From IMG/VR virus record IMGVR_UViG_3300013947_000003, positions 32,923 to 96,922 of that record: a stretch of DNA of 64,000 bases. One strand, written 5' to 3'. Under the pieces are notes generated by a model. It had not been told where the DNA came from. It did not search any database and was given only the letters and a program-made list of their open reading frames with translations. Origin of the DNA: a virus. How positions within the stretch are numbered: the stretch's first letter is position 1; the number at the start of each line of letters is the position of its first letter. The position numbers and the translations under genes are program-made. Of the stretch, positions 26,815-37,174 are shown piece by piece.

Positions 26815-27015
26815 AGAAAGGAAATTCTATAAATCACTGTTTGGTATATTACTATAAATATACCAGAAGAGTTAACTTCTTTAAAAAATCTCTAGCAGAT
26901 AGTTCATGCAGTAAGGTGTGAGGGCTCAACTCCCTAGAAGAAAACATAGTAGAGGAGTTTTCGATAAATTGTTTTAAAATCTACTATCTCGAATATTCAT
27001 TTAAAATTAATATAT

Positions 27016-27207
27016 ATGAAACCTACTAAAAGTCAATTAAAAAGTTTAAATTTTTGTGTTATTACCTTAGGAGAACCTTTCTATGGTAACATTAATAATA
27101 AAGATGAAGTTCAGGAGTATCTAGATGAGCATTTAGAATGGGCTATAGATGCTGCTGAACAAAAAATAGATATAATGACTAATTTCTTAAAACAACTAGA
27201 CAAATGA
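27016..27207 (+). CDS. Hypothetical 63-aa protein
   Basis: Track ORF with an ATGA overlap to the next gene. Confidence 0.5.
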   Translation: MKPTKSQLKSLNFCVITLGEPFYGNINNKDEVQEYLDEHLEWAIDAAEQKIDIMTNFLKQLDK

Positions 27208-27524
27208 AAAGATGGACAGAAGAGGAAAAAAAAGCCATCATAGATGGGGTTTCCTCACATCCCGAGAATCTAACAAAATGTTTTATCACTTTATCTTCAC
27301 AAATGGATAGAAGCTTCTGTGCAATATGCCAAATGTGGTATCAAATGCAAAATCCAAAAAGTCCTCATTATATAGGAACAAGAACTGCATTTGTACTATT
27401 AGGCAAAAGCAGTGTCTATAGAGGAAAAGTAAACAGAAACAACTCTAAAGAAACAATTAACGTTAAACCAACACTTTTATATAAAGTAATAAATGCAATT
27501 AAAAAAATATGGAACCAAAAGTAA
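27204..27524 (+). CDS. 106-aa protein with a possible SANT/Myb-like N-terminus
   Basis: KRWTEEEKKAIIDGV pattern. Confidence 0.4.
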   Translation: MKRWTEEEKKAIIDGVSSHPENLTKCFITLSSQMDRSFCAICQMWYQMQNPKSPHYIGTRTAFVLLGKSSVYRGKVNRNNSKETINVKPTLLYKVINAIKKIWNQK

Positions 27525-27898
27525 GTATTACATTTATAGTACCAGGTGCTCAAATGTACTCAGAACAAAAATGTAAAGACAACAAAGCATTCGAACAAAC
27601 AATTGTTAACACAGAATACTACACAGGAAGAGGAAAGGAGAAGAAGAAAAACAAGGAAAAACTTGTTATATATTCTCGAGGAAACAAGCCTGCAAAACAT
27701 CATTTGAACATATGTAAAGAAACATACGATCATATGATAATGCCTGAAGGTATTCCTACTATAGAAAACTGGACCAAAAAACATTCAAGATATGTATGGT
27801 CTCAGTATTCTAAACAGCAACGTTTGGAAACACATATAAAACTTATAGCAAAAGAGCTTAATGCTCTTAGCTTTACATATGAAATATTAGATGACTAG
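27509..27898 (+). CDS. Hypothetical 129-aa basic protein; ends in TAG used as stop
   Basis: Track ORF. Its TAG stop overlaps the next start (ATGACTAG). Confidence 0.5.
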   Translation: MEPKVSITFIVPGAQMYSEQKCKDNKAFEQTIVNTEYYTGRGKEKKKNKEKLVIYSRGNKPAKHHLNICKETYDHMIMPEGIPTIENWTKKHSRYVWSQYSKQQRLETHIKLIAKELNALSFTYEILDD

Positions 27899-29060
27899 AG
27901 AAGAAGTATTAAAAGAGGTATTAAGTTTAGAGGGTAAAAACTTCCTTTTTGAAATGGCTACAGGAGTTGGTAAAACAAGAATAGCTATAGAAAAGATAAA
28001 AACCCTTAATATTAAAACACTGCTTATAGTAGTACCAAGAAATGTTTTAAAACAAACTTGGGAAAATGAGTTTAATAAGTGGTGGAAAGATAATAATCTT
28101 AATATCTCTTTTACTACATATATCTCCTTCCCTAAGTATGCAGGAAAGTGGGATGCAGTTATTTATGATGAATGTCATCATCTATCAGAAAGATGCCGTG
28201 ATGTTCTTCCTAAATTTAACTCTTCCCACTCCCTCTTGCTCTCTGCTACTGTAAACAAGGAACTTAAAAAAGAATTAACATATTGTTTTAATCCTTTAGT
28301 ACAATATAAAATTAATCTTAAAGAAGCAATAGGAGACATATTACCTGATCCTATAGTTTATTTAATTCCTTTAGAATTAGACAATAAAATAAAGTCTGAA
28401 ACTATCTATAAGAATAAAAATAAACCCGGTAAAATGATTACTATAGACTATTCTAAAAGATGGGAATATAGGAACATTAAAACTCCTATAGCCATCAAAT
28501 GTACTGAGGCACAATATAACTTGGATATAAGTAATCTTATAGATTGGTATAAAACCAAATATATGAATACTCGTAACTCTGTTATAAAAAACATATGGTT
28601 AATGAAATGTAACGAACGCCTTAAATGGCTTAGTACACGTAAAACCACTATAGTATATAACATATTAAAAAAGTTCAAAAACAAAAGAACTTTAGTATTC
28701 TGTAGTAGTATTTTACAAACTGAAGCATTGGGAAAATATTGCATTAACAGCCAAAATAGAAATACATCTAAATATCTACAAGACTTTAATGATGGTAAAA
28801 TAAACCATATTACAGCATGTAATGTGCTTAATGAAGGCGTTAATCTTCATAACTGTCAAATAGGTATATATGCAAATCTTAATAGTTCTGAAACTATAGT
28901 GGCTCAAAGATGTGGTAGACTTCTAAGACATCCTAATCCTATTATTATAATACCTTATTATAAGAATACCAGGGAAGAGGAGTTAATGAAGAAAATGCTT
29001 GAAAACTATAATCCTGAATTAATTAAAACCGTATCATTAGATGACTATCTCAATAAATGA
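27891..29060 (+). CDS. SF2 (DEAH-type) helicase
   Basis: Motif I ATGVGKT, motif II DECHH, motif III SAT, motif VI QRCGRLLR. Confidence 0.8.
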   Translation: MTREEVLKEVLSLEGKNFLFEMATGVGKTRIAIEKIKTLNIKTLLIVVPRNVLKQTWENEFNKWWKDNNLNISFTTYISFPKYAGKWDAVIYDECHHLSERCRDVLPKFNSSHSLLLSATVNKELKKELTYCFNPLVQYKINLKEAIGDILPDPIVYLIPLELDNKIKSETIYKNKNKPGKMITIDYSKRWEYRNIKTPIAIKCTEAQYNLDISNLIDWYKTKYMNTRNSVIKNIWLMKCNERLKWLSTRKTTIVYNILKKFKNKRTLVFCSSILQTEALGKYCINSQNRNTSKYLQDFNDGKINHITACNVLNEGVNLHNCQIGIYANLNSSETIVAQRCGRLLRHPNPIIIIPYYKNTREEELMKKMLENYNPELIKTVSLDDYLNK

Positions 29061-29634
29061 TAAAGTATGCACAGATAATGGCATTACAATGCCTCAATTG
29101 CTTGCATTACTTTTAGTAAAAACAGGTGAAAATATTCCTAAACTTCTACAAGATTTAGAGTCTAAAGAAATGATAGTAAGGGAAACCTCTTTATTAGAAG
29201 ATAACTATATTATAACACAACGATGGGATAATGTGTGTTGTAATATAATTTTATCTTCTGATAAAGATATTCCCAATGACTCTCATATAGAAGAATTAGC
29301 AAAAGAGTTAATGGAACTTTTTCCTAAAGGTAAAAAACCGGGAACCAATACTTATTGGAGGGGCAACCTTAAGGATACTAAATTAAGACTTAAGAAGTTC
29401 TATAAACTATATGGTAATAAATATACTGATAATCAAATACTTGATGCAACTAAAAAGTATATAGGTGATCATGTAGACTTATCGTATATGAGAGTACTTA
29501 AATACTTCATTTGGAAAGACATTAAAAAAGTAGACTCTGAAGGAATAGGGTATATAGAAGAAACTTCAGATTTAGCCAGTTACATAGAAAATGAAGGTCA
29601 AACTGAAGATAATTGGCTGAATGAAGTAAAATGA
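29041..29634 (+). CDS. Hypothetical 197-aa replication-module protein
   Basis: Track ORF lying between two helicase genes. Confidence 0.5.
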   Translation: MTISINDKVCTDNGITMPQLLALLLVKTGENIPKLLQDLESKEMIVRETSLLEDNYIITQRWDNVCCNIILSSDKDIPNDSHIEELAKELMELFPKGKKPGTNTYWRGNLKDTKLRLKKFYKLYGNKYTDNQILDATKKYIGDHVDLSYMRVLKYFIWKDIKKVDSEGIGYIEETSDLASYIENEGQTEDNWLNEVK

Positions 29635-30815
29635 AACTTAAAGATAGAGTGTTGTTGAATCTTAAAGAGAGAAGGGAAAGACTATTATCTGGAAAGATTA
29701 ATAGCATCCCTTCTCCTTTTATAAGATTTAAAGATGATTTTGTTGGTGTGGAACAAGGACGTTATTATTTGGTGACGGCAGCCACTAAAGCGGGAAAATC
29801 ACAATTTGCCTCCTTTATGTTCATATACAACACACTACTCTATGCTTACGCTCATCCTGAGCAAGTTAGTGTAAAGATTATCTATTATCCTTTAGAAGAA
29901 ACTCCTGAAAATGTTATGGAGAGGTTTATGAGTTATTTACTATATACACTTTCAGGATTTAAAATAAGGATAAGTCCTCAGGATTTGAAATCAACTGATA
30001 ATACTAAACCATTATCTGAAGAAATACTTAATATACTTAATTCAGAAGAATATGGAGAAATACTTCAATTCTTTGAAGATAGTATAACTTTCTCATATAG
30101 TACAAATGCTACAGGTGTTTGGAAAGAATGTAAAAAGTATGCTGAAGAAAATGGCACAGTACACACTAAACCTATTAAAATAAAGGATGATTTTGGTCTA
30201 ACCAAAGAAGTAAATGCATTTGATTATTATGAACCTAATAATCCAAATGAATATAGAATAATCTTTTTTGATCATCTAAGCTTAATTTCTACAGAAAAAG
30301 GAATGGATTTAAGACAATCTATGAGTAAGTTATCAGAATATTTAGTAACTTTGCGCAATAGATATAAATTTACTCCTGTAGTTATACAACAACAAGCAAT
30401 GTTTGAAAATACAGATGCATTTAAAATGAATAAACTTACACCTAGCATAACTAACTTAGCTGATAACAAAGCTATAGCTAGAGATGTAGATGTATGTTTA
30501 GCTCTTTTTAGTCCTTTTAGATATGAAATTCCGGAACATCATGGATATAATATAAGGATGTTAAAAGATAATGTACGATTTTTAGAAGTATTGCTTAATA
30601 GAAGTGGTCAATCAAATGGCGTTGTTGCACTATATTTTGATGGCGCAGTAAATTATTTTGAAGAACTACCTAAAGCTGATGATCAAATAGCATTAAATAA
30701 AGTATATAAACAAATACAATCAAGAAAAAGTAAATCATTTTTATTAATCACTAAGTATGGCAAACATTTGTATGATACTGGGAAAAAGTGGTTCAGGAAA
30801 ATCCACAAGTATTAA
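29631..30815 (+). CDS. DnaB-like replicative helicase (RecA-type domain)
   Basis: Walker A AATKAGKS, Walker B IIFFDHLS, and the general layout of DnaB C-terminal domains. Confidence 0.7.
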   Translation: MKLKDRVLLNLKERRERLLSGKINSIPSPFIRFKDDFVGVEQGRYYLVTAATKAGKSQFASFMFIYNTLLYAYAHPEQVSVKIIYYPLEETPENVMERFMSYLLYTLSGFKIRISPQDLKSTDNTKPLSEEILNILNSEEYGEILQFFEDSITFSYSTNATGVWKECKKYAEENGTVHTKPIKIKDDFGLTKEVNAFDYYEPNNPNEYRIIFFDHLSLISTEKGMDLRQSMSKLSEYLVTLRNRYKFTPVVIQQQAMFENTDAFKMNKLTPSITNLADNKAIARDVDVCLALFSPFRYEIPEHHGYNIRMLKDNVRFLEVLLNRSGQSNGVVALYFDGAVNYFEELPKADDQIALNKVYKQIQSRKSKSFLLITKYGKHLYDTGKKWFRKIHKY

Positions 30816-31437
30816 AACACTTGATCCTAAAGAAACTGTAGTATTTAATGTATTAAAAAAGCGTCTACCTTTTAAAGGGAGTAGGGCCATCTACAACACA
30901 GAGAATAAAAACCTCTTTAATGTAGATGATTATAGCACTATAGTAACATATTTATTAGGCATTAATGATAAAATGCCCAACGTAAAAAATGTTATTATAG
31001 ATGACATGACTTATGTTATGCGTAAAGAATATTTTAAAACAGCTAAAATAACAGGCTTTAATAAGTTTGTGGACATAGCTGCACATTTTCAAAGCATTAT
31101 TAATACTGCAGAAAATCTTCGTGATGATTTAAATGTATTCCTCATAATGCATAGCGAGGAAATAGTATCGGATGGTACTATTATAGGATATAAACCAGCT
31201 ACTGTAGGTAAACTTATAGACAGTAGTTATAATCCTGTAGAAGTTGTTCCTATGGTATTATTCTCTTCTGTAAAATATGACGATAAAGGAAATGCATCAT
31301 ATGGCTTCTATACACATAAATGTATGGAAGGAAATGTAGAAATTCCTGCTAAATCTCCCGATGAGATGTTTACAGAGAATTTTATCCCCAATGATTTAGG
31401 TTATGTAGTTAAAGCAATGAACGAATATTATAATTAA
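30757..31437 (+). CDS. P-loop ATPase (phage AAA/RecA-like accessory ATPase)
   Basis: Walker A GKSGSGKST, Walker B VIIDDMT. Confidence 0.65.
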   Translation: MANICMILGKSGSGKSTSIKTLDPKETVVFNVLKKRLPFKGSRAIYNTENKNLFNVDDYSTIVTYLLGINDKMPNVKNVIIDDMTYVMRKEYFKTAKITGFNKFVDIAAHFQSIINTAENLRDDLNVFLIMHSEEIVSDGTIIGYKPATVGKLIDSSYNPVEVVPMVLFSSVKYDDKGNASYGFYTHKCMEGNVEIPAKSPDEMFTENFIPNDLGYVVKAMNEYYN

Positions 31438-31439
31438 TT

Positions 31440-31814
31440 ATGAAAGAATTAACAACATTTCAAATTGCAGCAGTTAAACGTCAATTTAAAAACTCTCTGC
31501 CTGCATTAAAAAAGATTGAGTCTATTGATAAAAAGATTCAAGAACTTAAAGAAGAACGTGATATACAGCAAGCTCTATTAGAAAATGGAGAAGCCGGTAT
31601 TAAAATGCTTACAGGAGGTTATAAATCAACTGACCTCATTAGGTGTACCTATGAAACAGTTCTTAATGAAGACGGTACTCCTAAAATGAATGGTAAGTAT
31701 CCTCAAAAGAAGCAAATACTTACTTTTGAGTACCCTGTAGAGACTGTAGAAACATGTGAAACATGTGTAGTAGAACCTATTGTAGTAACACCTAATATAG
31801 ATAATATAGATTAA
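31440..31814 (+). CDS. Hypothetical 124-aa protein
   Basis: Track ORF. Confidence 0.5.
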   Translation: MKELTTFQIAAVKRQFKNSLPALKKIESIDKKIQELKEERDIQQALLENGEAGIKMLTGGYKSTDLIRCTYETVLNEDGTPKMNGKYPQKKQILTFEYPVETVETCETCVVEPIVVTPNIDNID

Positions 31815-31816
31815 TT

Positions 31817-32737
31817 ATGAAAAGCAAAACATTTATGGCATTTGCCAAAGGTACTGACACCTCTAAAACAGTAGAATTTAATCGTTATTGGGGCATTGCT
31901 CCCTGTTTTGTTAAGGCAGTAAATCCTAATAAAGAAGAAATGGAAAAACTATTTAATACCACTATAGAAAATGAGCCTAGCTATATAAGTGAATTAGATA
32001 TAGATGGTGAGAAAATCATCAATGCCAGAGTAACTTTTGTAGTACAACCTGATATAGAAGGAGTAGAACCTATTTCTATATCCTTCTTTGTAAGGCACCA
32101 ATATCGCTTTAATCGTGATAAAACTAAAATACAAGTTATAGACAAGTATGCTCGTACAGCATGGGTAACTAAAGAAGACCTACAGACTCATAATATACCT
32201 ATCTATAGTAATGGCAAGCTCGCCAACATAGACAAGGACTATCGTCCGGTATTTGTTGGTGAGGAAAATCTTACTAAGTTTATGATAGAATATCTTGGTG
32301 TTCCCGGCTTAGAGTATTTCCGTGATGGTGAATGGCATAAAAATACCAATTCTGCAGACTGTGAAGCCCGTTTTGATGGTATTGAAAAGATCTTTACAGG
32401 GGATGTCAAAGAAATTAAGGAAATCATTGCACTTCAACCCACAAATAAAGTAAAGATTATGTTTGGTGTACGTAATACCAATGATGGTAAACAGTATCAG
32501 ACATTTTTTAGCGACGGCTTCCGTCGTAATAATTCTCAAAAGAAATCTACCCTTGCATTCTTTGAAAAAGAACTTGAAGATCGTAAAGCCATTGGTGCTT
32601 ATAGTACTTCTGAATTTAAAGTAGGTGATTTTGAAAAATATACAGTAGAACCTACAGAAATTAAGCCTAATGACACCAGTGATCTTCCTTTTGGGGATGA
32701 TCCATTCTCTACAACTCCTAAAACACCTTGGGAATAA
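31817..32737 (+). CDS. Hypothetical 306-aa protein (ssDNA-binding or annealing role possible by position only)
   Basis: Track ORF between the ATPase and primase genes. Confidence 0.5.
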   Translation: MKSKTFMAFAKGTDTSKTVEFNRYWGIAPCFVKAVNPNKEEMEKLFNTTIENEPSYISELDIDGEKIINARVTFVVQPDIEGVEPISISFFVRHQYRFNRDKTKIQVIDKYARTAWVTKEDLQTHNIPIYSNGKLANIDKDYRPVFVGEENLTKFMIEYLGVPGLEYFRDGEWHKNTNSADCEARFDGIEKIFTGDVKEIKEIIALQPTNKVKIMFGVRNTNDGKQYQTFFSDGFRRNNSQKKSTLAFFEKELEDRKAIGAYSTSEFKVGDFEKYTVEPTEIKPNDTSDLPFGDDPFSTTPKTPWE

Positions 32738-32740
32738 AAG

Positions 32741-33727
32741 ATGTTTAGCCACGGACAGCCAACTATATCAATAGATGATGTTTTAAAACATACTACTGAA
32801 GCAGATATTGCTTCAAAGTACCTAGGGATAAATAAAATTCCTACGGTCATTTGTAGTCCTTTAAGAGAAGATAAAAAGCCTTCCTTTGCAATATATTCTC
32901 CTGATGATAAAAGTGTAAACTATCGAGATTTTGCTAATGGGGATAAAGGAACTATTTTTACCTTACTTTCTCATATATGGAATACTTCATTTAGAGAAAC
33001 TCTTAAAAGAATAAATGATGACAATGTTCATAGTTCAATTAGTATTAGGAAAACTATCTCTAAAAACAGCATTATTAGAAACTCTCGCATAGAACTTTTA
33101 TGTAAAGTAAGAGAATGGAGAGATTATGATATAGAATATTGGAAGTCTTATGGTGTACCTTTAAAGTGGCTAAAATATGCAGATGTATATCCTATATCTC
33201 ACAAAATAATAAAAAAAAACAATGAGACTTTTATATTTGGTGCAGATAAGTATGCATATGCATTTGCGGAATTTAAAGAAGGCAAAACAACTTTAAAGAT
33301 ATATCAACCTTTTAATAAACAAGGCTATAAGTGGTCTAATCAACATGATAAAAGTGTAATAAGTTTATGGACTAAAGTGCCTTCTTTTGGGGATAGAGTA
33401 TGTATATGCTCCTCCCTAAAAGATGCACTATGTCTATGGGCTAATACAGGAATTCCTTCAATTGCCATTCAAGGAGAAGGCTATAGTATGAGTAATACTG
33501 CAATTAATGAACTCAAAAGGCGTTTTAAACAAGTTTTTATATGTTTGGATAATGATCCTCCGGGCTTGTTAGATGCACAAAAGTTAGCTTCAAAAACAGA
33601 GTTTATTAATATAGTTCTTCCTAATGAATACAATCAAAAAGACATTTCTGACTTATACAAATATTTAAACAACAAACAACTCTTTATTAACATTTTTAAA
33701 AAGCTTTTTAATTATGGAACCTCGTAA
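32741..33727 (+). CDS. DnaG-type (Toprim) DNA primase
   Basis: Toprim motifs ICSSLKDALCLW and VFICLDNDPPG. N-terminal PLREDKKPSF segment. Confidence 0.7.
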   Translation: MFSHGQPTISIDDVLKHTTEADIASKYLGINKIPTVICSPLREDKKPSFAIYSPDDKSVNYRDFANGDKGTIFTLLSHIWNTSFRETLKRINDDNVHSSISIRKTISKNSIIRNSRIELLCKVREWRDYDIEYWKSYGVPLKWLKYADVYPISHKIIKKNNETFIFGADKYAYAFAEFKEGKTTLKIYQPFNKQGYKWSNQHDKSVISLWTKVPSFGDRVCICSSLKDALCLWANTGIPSIAIQGEGYSMSNTAINELKRRFKQVFICLDNDPPGLLDAQKLASKTEFINIVLPNEYNQKDISDLYKYLNNKQLFINIFKKLFNYGTS

Positions 33728-34310
33728 AATTTATGTAGTAGACACTCGCCGTGAAAAAACAACTATTACAACAGGTGCAGAAACTCTTGGCGAACTCAAA
33801 GAAGCACTTCACAATCACAATATTGAATGTGATGGTATGACATTCTTTGAAGGCTATAGTGCTGTAGAATTAAAGGACGACTCTTCACAACTTCCTAAGG
33901 ATGTAAAGAAGCGTAATGGCGAAACTACGAATGAGCTTCTTATTATGATTACAAATTCCGCTAAAAAGATTAAATCAGGAATGATGTCTCGTCAAGAGGT
34001 TTATAATAAGATTAAAGAATTAAATCTTGCTGCTAAAACACGTGAACACTTTGGTAAACCTTATACACAGATATCTACAGCAGAGCTATTAAGCTTTATT
34101 GAAGATCAAAAATATCCCGCAGAAAAGTGTGGTTATGCTGAAGATCTTCGTACAGCTTTAGCTCAGCTTACTAATCTTCTTGTAGAAAAAGAAGTTATTT
34201 CTCGTGCAGAAGCAACTGAAGCTATGCGTTCAGTTAAATGTGAATGGGAAGAAAAAGTTGATTTCCCTTCAGATGAAGAAATCGACGAGATGTTTGCGAA
34301 ATTTAAATAA
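33714..34310 (+). CDS. 198-aa protein; the N-terminal ~85 aa has a beta-grasp/ubiquitin-like sequence pattern (hypothesis)
   Basis: KIYVVDTRREKTTITTGAETLGELKEAL..MTFFEGYSAVELKDDSSQLP..LLIMITNSAKKIKSG, then a helical C-terminal half. Confidence 0.5.
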   Translation: MEPRKIYVVDTRREKTTITTGAETLGELKEALHNHNIECDGMTFFEGYSAVELKDDSSQLPKDVKKRNGETTNELLIMITNSAKKIKSGMMSRQEVYNKIKELNLAAKTREHFGKPYTQISTAELLSFIEDQKYPAEKCGYAEDLRTALAQLTNLLVEKEVISRAEATEAMRSVKCEWEEKVDFPSDEEIDEMFAKFK

Positions 34311-34327
34311 TTAATTCTATTAAACTA

Positions 34328-34373
34328 AAGGGAGAGTGAGAGTTTCATCATCTTGCTCTCCCTTTATTTTTTA
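34328..34373 (+). terminator. Rho-independent terminator
   Basis: aagggagag/ctctccctt hairpin followed by tatttttt. Confidence 0.6.
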
Positions 34374-34375
34374 TT

Positions 34376-35392
34376 ATGGAAAGTATACAGAAAGACATTT
34401 GTTCAAGATTTATAGACTTCTTTGGAGAAGACTTTGTTGATGTACAAGAACCAGCTAATACATCTACTATTAAAATAATAATATATTTTCCTAAACTAAC
34501 GGTAACTAATGAGGGTAATGACAGTATTGACATTAAAGATACTTATGTAAGGTTTAGTATATATGATGACGGTTCTATAAGCACGCACATTAATGTAGCA
34601 AGGGCTTATTATACATATAAACAATATGCCAGTCATTATGTACATAGTCATTGTCCCAGATTTAATACGCCAGGCCAATGGTCAGCCTTTTGTTTAGGAA
34701 CAGGTCCTATAACATTTACTATGTTTAATATTTGTAGAAATATTACAAATGGTAATGTAGATTTAGACCTATATACGCTCTTTGCAAGTGAGCTAAAACT
34801 ATTATTAGGAGTGGAGTCTTTAGATGGAGGTCCTTACATAACATTAAGTTCTGTACATAATTATACCGAATATCTGGAAGAACTACAAATTCAATATAAT
34901 ATAAAGATGAGAGACTCTTTAATGGATGGATTTATAGACTATTTATGTAGAATACAACCATTTGAGTTTAATTTTAACGGTTATTATTATGGATTTGCAT
35001 ATAGTACTTCGGATTTAATGATATTAATGGCAAATGAGTTTATAAAGTATTGTAATACCTTTAGCGAGGATAAAAGGCCTAATATGGATACTTTATTTTC
35101 ATTAGGAGTTTTGTGTAAAGGATTTAAACGTTCTGGACGTATTTATAAATACACTAACGGAACATTAAGTGTTAATAATATACCAAAAGCAACTGCTATT
35201 ACTTTCAAAGGAAAAGTTGTTCCTTTAATAGTTGAACCTGATAAATCAAATAAAAAGTCCTATATAGTACTTTTAAATCCTAGTAAATTTGCATATGTAA
35301 CAACAACAATATTAGAAAGACTAAATTATGCAGCAACAAGTGGAAATCACCCAGAATCACCAAGTATCACCATACTTAATTGTGGGCAGTGA
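34376..35392 (+). CDS. 338-aa protein with an E2/UBC-like active-site pattern (hypothesis)
   Basis: YVHSHCPRFNTPGQWSAFCLGTGP (HxH at nt 34643-34651, Cys at 34691-34693) resembles the E2 pattern HPN..G.ICL. First gene of an operon with overlapping genes. Confidence 0.55.
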   Translation: MESIQKDICSRFIDFFGEDFVDVQEPANTSTIKIIIYFPKLTVTNEGNDSIDIKDTYVRFSIYDDGSISTHINVARAYYTYKQYASHYVHSHCPRFNTPGQWSAFCLGTGPITFTMFNICRNITNGNVDLDLYTLFASELKLLLGVESLDGGPYITLSSVHNYTEYLEELQIQYNIKMRDSLMDGFIDYLCRIQPFEFNFNGYYYGFAYSTSDLMILMANEFIKYCNTFSEDKRPNMDTLFSLGVLCKGFKRSGRIYKYTNGTLSVNNIPKATAITFKGKVVPLIVEPDKSNKKSYIVLLNPSKFAYVTTTILERLNYAATSGNHPESPSITILNCGQ

Positions 35393-36377
35393 TGTAGAAA
35401 ATAAAATAAAATATCTATGTAATAAAATACCCGACACTGAATGGTCAGGAGTATTATTTTACAAAACAAAAGATACTTATGAAGAGGGACTTAAAGTTAT
35501 ATGTGTAGATTTATATTTAATGGATATAGGAACTATAACATATACTGAATTTAATACTTCCCCCTCCCTTGCTCATTATATTGCAATGAATGATTTGTTT
35601 GAATATGAACAAGCGTTAATTCATTCGCATAATCACATGGCTACCTGTCCTAGTGGCACTGATATTGCTACACTAAAAGAAGAAGGCAGTGAAAGAATAC
35701 ATTTTGTATCATTAATTGTTAATAATGCAGGTACTTATAGTGCGTTTATAACTAGAAAATGTATTACTATTCAAAATATTGAAGAAACTGCAAAATACAA
35801 AACTTTTGGTGGTGTAGAAGTGGAATCTAAGAATATATATACAAAAGAATTAACTAAAATAGAGTATAGTAAAATGGAAATTATCAAAGAAGATATAGAC
35901 TATTCTGAAATTGATTCTAGAATAGCAGAAATACAAGAAGAAAAAAGGAAGCAAGAGGAATTAAGGAAAAAGGAAGAAATAAAAAATCCTTTTTATTATC
36001 AAAAAATATTTAATTACGAAGAGTATAAAAAGCCTTTAATAAATCTTCCTATTGATGATAAACAAGTACAAAGTATTCTAAGACAAATAATTACCGGTAG
36101 TGTTCTTTCTGCCAATAATATTAAACTGGATTTATATGAATGGGTTCCTAAAATGGAGTCTATATATGATCATAGATTTAAAACTTTAGATTCCTATAAC
36201 TGTTGGATAGACAGCTTTTTAGAAGCATTGTTTTCTGAGTATACCGAGGGAGAAGGCTTCTATAAAATAGATGAGGGTAGAAATCTCGCCGAAAAACTTT
36301 ATAATGAAATATCTAAGTTTACACCTAATAAATATATTAAAATTATTAAAAACAGTCTTTTATTATGGATGGAGTAA
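35328..36377 (+). CDS. JAB/MPN+ (JAMM) metalloprotease with a coiled-coil C-terminal extension
   Basis: Exact JAMM motif HSH-NHMATCP-S-GT-D (HxHx7Sx2D) at nt 35622-35663. Start uncertain (ATG 35328 or GTG 35381). Confidence 0.75.
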   Translation: MQQQVEITQNHQVSPYLIVGSDVENKIKYLCNKIPDTEWSGVLFYKTKDTYEEGLKVICVDLYLMDIGTITYTEFNTSPSLAHYIAMNDLFEYEQALIHSHNHMATCPSGTDIATLKEEGSERIHFVSLIVNNAGTYSAFITRKCITIQNIEETAKYKTFGGVEVESKNIYTKELTKIEYSKMEIIKEDIDYSEIDSRIAEIQEEKRKQEELRKKEEIKNPFYYQKIFNYEEYKKPLINLPIDDKQVQSILRQIITGSVLSANNIKLDLYEWVPKMESIYDHRFKTLDSYNCWIDSFLEALFSEYTEGEGFYKIDEGRNLAEKLYNEISKFTPNKYIKIIKNSLLLWME

Positions 36378-37174
36378 ATAATATAAGTGAAGATCTAATG
36401 GCAGAAATAAATGCTGCTATAGATGCAATAGAACAAGAAGAACAACAGCCTCTTCAAGAGAATTCTGAAACATTATTAGTAAAAGAGAATACCATTCGTT
36501 TTAATAGTGCAGAATGGTTTAATCAGATACAAAAAACATCAGTGGCTATTGCCGGTTGTGGAGGAATCGGCTCTTGGACATCATTATTAATAGCCAGATT
36601 GAATCCTATATGGATATATCTATTTGATAATGATACTGTGGAAGAGGTTAATCTTGCGGGGCAACTGTTTTCCAATAAAGATGTAGGAAGGTATAAAACA
36701 AACGCCTGTGTTGAGAATATAGCGAATTTTTGCAACTATTCTAAGTTCAATGCCTATAATAGAAGGTTTGAATGTGTCTCTATAGTGCATTCTAAAAATC
36801 TAATTTGTGGCTTTGACAATATGGCTGCTCGTAAAGATGCTTTTAAACAATGGTTTAATGCAAACAATGGAAACTCGGAAGCTATATTTATAGACGGAAG
36901 GCTTAATGCAGAAGATTTTCAGATTTTCTGTATTACAGGAGATAATGAGAGTGCGGCTCATAAATATAGTAAACAGTATTTATTTGACGACAAAGATGTT
37001 GAGAATGCAGTTTGTTCATACAAACAAACTTCATTTTGTGCTAGTATGATTGCGTCATTAATTACCAATCTGTTCGTTAATTATGCAGCTAATATAGCCT
37101 TAGGAGATTTTAGATGTCTTCCTTTTAAGATATCTTATGATGCAACAACTATGTTATTAAAGACTGAAGTATGA
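36365..37174 (+). CDS. ThiF/MoeB/E1-like adenylyltransferase
   Basis: IAGCGGIGS nucleotide loop; DNDTVEEVNLAGQ (compare DxDxVxxSNLxRQ); GFDNMAARK (compare CTDNMATRQ of ThiF). Confidence 0.8.
   Translation: MDGVNNISEDLMAEINAAIDAIEQEEQQPLQENSETLLVKENTIRFNSAEWFNQIQKTSVAIAGCGGIGSWTSLLIARLNPIWIYLFDNDTVEEVNLAGQLFSNKDVGRYKTNACVENIANFCNYSKFNAYNRRFECVSIVHSKNLICGFDNMAARKDAFKQWFNANNGNSEAIFIDGRLNAEDFQIFCITGDNESAAHKYSKQYLFDDKDVENAVCSYKQTSFCASMIASLITNLFVNYAANIALGDFRCLPFKISYDATTMLLKTEV

Noticed and set aside
30757-30815. The 59-nt overlap between the DnaB-like helicase and the P-loop ATPase as a frameshift site
   Set aside because: There is no slippery sequence, and both ORFs have their own plausible start and stop. 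A downstream alternative end or start is a simpler explanation.
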